A program made the position numbers and the translations under genes. A model generated the notes under the pieces. That model was not told the origin of the DNA. It made no database searches and worked only from the letters and a program-made list of their open reading frames with translations. DNA of 63,886 bases, filler included, from Lama guanicoe (lineage: Eukaryota), in assembly GCA_013239625.1 (NCBI GenBank). It is 80 parts of 78 records of this genome, joined end to end, with 100 filler letters (N's around TTAATTAATTAA, not from the genome) between each part and the next. Parts side by side here need not be neighbours in the genome. Positions count along the whole stretch, not along the records: positions 61,286 to 62,480 come from MU053300.1; positions 62,581 to 63,511 come from PNXV01001063.1; positions 63,612 to 63,886 come from MU053302.1; 77 more parts are not named here. One strand, 5' to 3'. The stretch's first letter is position 1. Each line of letters starts with the position of its first letter. Shown piece after piece: positions 61,186 through 63,886 of this stretch.

Positions 61186-62580
61186 NNNNNNNNNNNNNNN
61201 NNNNNNNNNNNNNNNNNNNNNNNNNNNNNTTAATTAATTAANNNNNNNNNNNNNNNNNNNNNNNNNNNNNNNNNNNNNNNNNNNNATATATATTTTTATT
61301 AATTATATAATTTGTTGTAACTCATAAACAGTAATTATATAACTTATTAAAATAATATTTATAATAACTTATTAGAACATTTTAAGATGCTCAAATGTTT
61401 TATTATTTTGATATATAACAGAAATTTATGAGAAATTATCNNNNNNNNNNNNNNNNNNNNNNNNNNNNNNNNNNNNNNNNNNNNNNNNNNNNNNNNNNNN
61501 NNNNNNNNNNNNNNNNNNNNNNNNNNNNNNNNNNNNNNNNNNNNNNNNNNNNNNNNNNNNNNNNNNNNNNNNNNNNNNNNNNNNNNNNNNNNNNNNNNNN
61601 NNNNNNNNNNNNNNNNNNNNNNNNNNNNNNNNNNNNNNNNNNNNNNNNNNNNNNNNNNNNNNNNNNNNNNNNNNNNNNNNNNNNNNNNNNNNNNNNNNNN
61701 NNNNNNNNNNNNNNNNNNNNNNNNNNNNNNNNNNNNNNNNNNNNNNNNNNNNNNNNNNNNNNNNNNNNNNNNNNNNNNNNNNNNNNNNNNNNNNNNNNNN
61801 NNNNNNNNNNNNNNNNNNNNNNNNNNNNNNNNNNNNNNNNNNNNNNNNNNNNNNNNNNNNNNNNNNNNNNNNNNNNNNNNNNNNNNNNNNNNNNNNNNNN
61901 NNNNNNNNNNNNNNNNNNNNNNNNNNNNNNNNNNNNNNNNNNNNNNNNNNNNNNNNNNNNNNNNNNNNTTTGCTGTTGTCAATCATGCACATATTCAAAA
62001 CATAGAGCTTACACAGTCATTGTCAAATGAAGAGCCAATCCGAAGGAAAACAAAGAAAAATAATTATCACGGACATCCTTTGAAAGCAGAATCTAAATAG
62101 CCAAAACTAATGCCAAGTAAATGCAAGGGGTTTTTTATCATTTTATTCTCTATCTCATTACTGCTGTGTTTCCTCTGATAGCAAAATTCTTTTCAGAACT
62201 GCTATATAATTTTAGTTTTATTGAAAAGTCTCCAATTGATTCTAAATACATGAGAATTTAAATCAACCTATCTGAGACAAGACTTTGTGGGCAGGAAAAT
62301 GGATATTTCTGCCTCGAGGTCTTGAGGGTTTTTACGAGTGACAAGATGACAAATGCTAAGGTCATTGTCCTGGATGAGCATATCAGTGATTTGATATATG
62401 ACTATCTGCTTTGAACAACTCGTTTGGGATGTTGAGATTGAATGCTATTGCATCTATGTGATTGAAATTTTATTAAATTTNNNNNNNNNNNNNNNNNNNN
62501 NNNNNNNNNNNNNNNNNNNNNNNNTTAATTAATTAANNNNNNNNNNNNNNNNNNNNNNNNNNNNNNNNNNNNNNNNNNNN

Positions 62581-63511
62581 TAATTTGAATAGATTCCATC
62601 TAAATGATTTTCAGTGTTCCGTACATGCTTCATGCATGACTGATTCGACAAACATGCATTCCTGAGTTGAGAGCATGTGAATTACTGATCTTTCATCCTC
62701 TATAAAAACAATATTTTCATCTAGACACGTGTACCATTTTCACAATCCTTTCCTAACACCAGTTTCGAACACATGCATTTTTCTCAGAAAAATACTTCTG
62801 GAGCGATTTCCACCTAACAGATATGTAATTTACATGAATTCCATCAACATGGCATTCCGGGTTCCGTACATGCTACATGCATGATGTATTCGGCAAACAT
62901 GTGTTTCTGAGATCTCAGCATGTGGATTACTGAACTTTCATCCACCAAACAAGGCATATATACACTTAGAAATATTTACTCTGACTTCATAGGTTTTTTT
63001 CTGTCACCAGGTACTAAAATCGGACATTTGGCACTAGAAAACACTCTTTGAGCGTATTCTTAAGAATACACATGTAATTCACATTGTTTACATAACCATG
63101 GCATTCCACATTCCGAACATGTTTCATGCAATACCGATTCCTCAAACATGCATTTCTGAGTTGTGAATATGCTCATGACTGATGTTCCAATCATTACAAG
63201 TTACCTATGCACTTATATATACTTTGTCTTCGTAGCTTCTTCCTATCACCAGGTTCAAGAATCACACTTTGATCCCAGAAAAACCCTCTTGGTACGAATT
63301 CTACCCTAGAGATATGTAATTTGAATAGATTCTATCTACATGATATTCCGTGTTCCGTACATGCTACATGCATGACGGATTCGAAAAACATGCATTCCTG
63401 AGTTGAGAGCATGTGGATTACTGATGTTTCATCCTCTAGAAAAGAAAAATTTTCTTCTAGAAACGTGTACAGATTTTCACAAGCTTTATCTAACACCAGT
63501 TTAGAATTCGT
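62581..63511 (-). repeat. Satellite family E, reverse orientation (736-bp trimer)
   Basis: taatttgaatagatt at 62581 and 63317, with weaker copies at 62826 and 63075; reverse complement of 15016-15802. Confidence 0.9.
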
Positions 63512-63886
63512 NNNNNNNNNNNNNNNNNNNNNNNNNNNNNNNNNNNNNNNNNNNNTTAATTAATTAANNNNNNNNNNNNNNNNNNNNNNNNNNNNNNNNN
63601 NNNNNNNNNNNCTCACTCACTGCAGGTTCATGTCCCGGCAGGGCCAGGTCACACTGAAGCCACCAGCACACACCTCAGTGGGGGAGCTGGCCCTGTCTCT
63701 GCTGAGGGCGTGCCCCGTGTGGGGAGAGGCCCAGTTAGAGGAAGGCGGTTCCCCTACTGTTCCGATTTAAGGTGCAAGTCAGTGCTCATCACTCAGGAGA
63801 GTCAGGCTGGTCTGACCTCATTGTGGTGACTATGCCTTCTGAGTTCACTTATTACTTTCTATGTTTGAAGGCCCTGGAGGGAGAAA

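Noticed and set aside
3294..62030. Long ORFs consisting mostly of X (e.g. 3294-4208, 33322-33969, 51975-52634, 56380-57396, 61359-61982)
   Set aside because: They are open only because N runs contain no stop codons.
839..63567. Regularly recurring TTAATTAATTAA as a CRISPR-like or regulatory repeat array
   Set aside because: Always embedded in exactly 44+44 N; it is a synthetic six-frame-stop linker.
1..63886. A multi-gene system formed by neighbouring TRAPPC9, CLCN3, KIF2B and promoter fragments
   Set aside because: The fragments lie on separate scaffolds joined artificially; no linkage can be inferred from this window.

Overview
This window is not a contiguous locus. It is a concatenation of about 80 short (~70-1200 bp), unrelated mammalian scaffolds joined by an artificial 100-nt linker (N44-TTAATTAATTAA-N44, with stop codons in all six frames); many scaffolds also contain internal N gaps. 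Two tRNA-derived SINEs of the camelid type and the style of the L1 tails point to a camelid genome (alpaca/llama/camel). Much of the real sequence is tandem satellite DNA in five families: A (~250 bp); B (~266-268 bp, CpG-rich); C (a diverged relative of B with the same period and several monomer types); D (an AT-rich NATTCTR heptamer satellite); and E (~245-bp monomers in a ~736-755-bp trimer). The rest is LINE-1, ERV/LTR, SINE/MIR and DNA-transposon fragments plus a few gene pieces. The gene pieces are the 3' end of KIF2B, two damaged TRAPPC9-like exons on separate scaffolds, a diverged and very GC-rich CLCN3-like exon, an unidentified exon-like element present twice, a CpG-island promoter with an RFX X-box, and several orphan exon candidates. 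Nearly all ORFs in the supplied track are artefacts of N runs, satellites or decayed L1. No prokaryote-type system such as CRISPR is present. The most interesting signals are a probable amplification of TRAPPC9-like (and other) gene fragments and the shared ancestry and higher-order structure of the satellites. Protein and repeat identifications rest on recalled reference sequences, not database searches.
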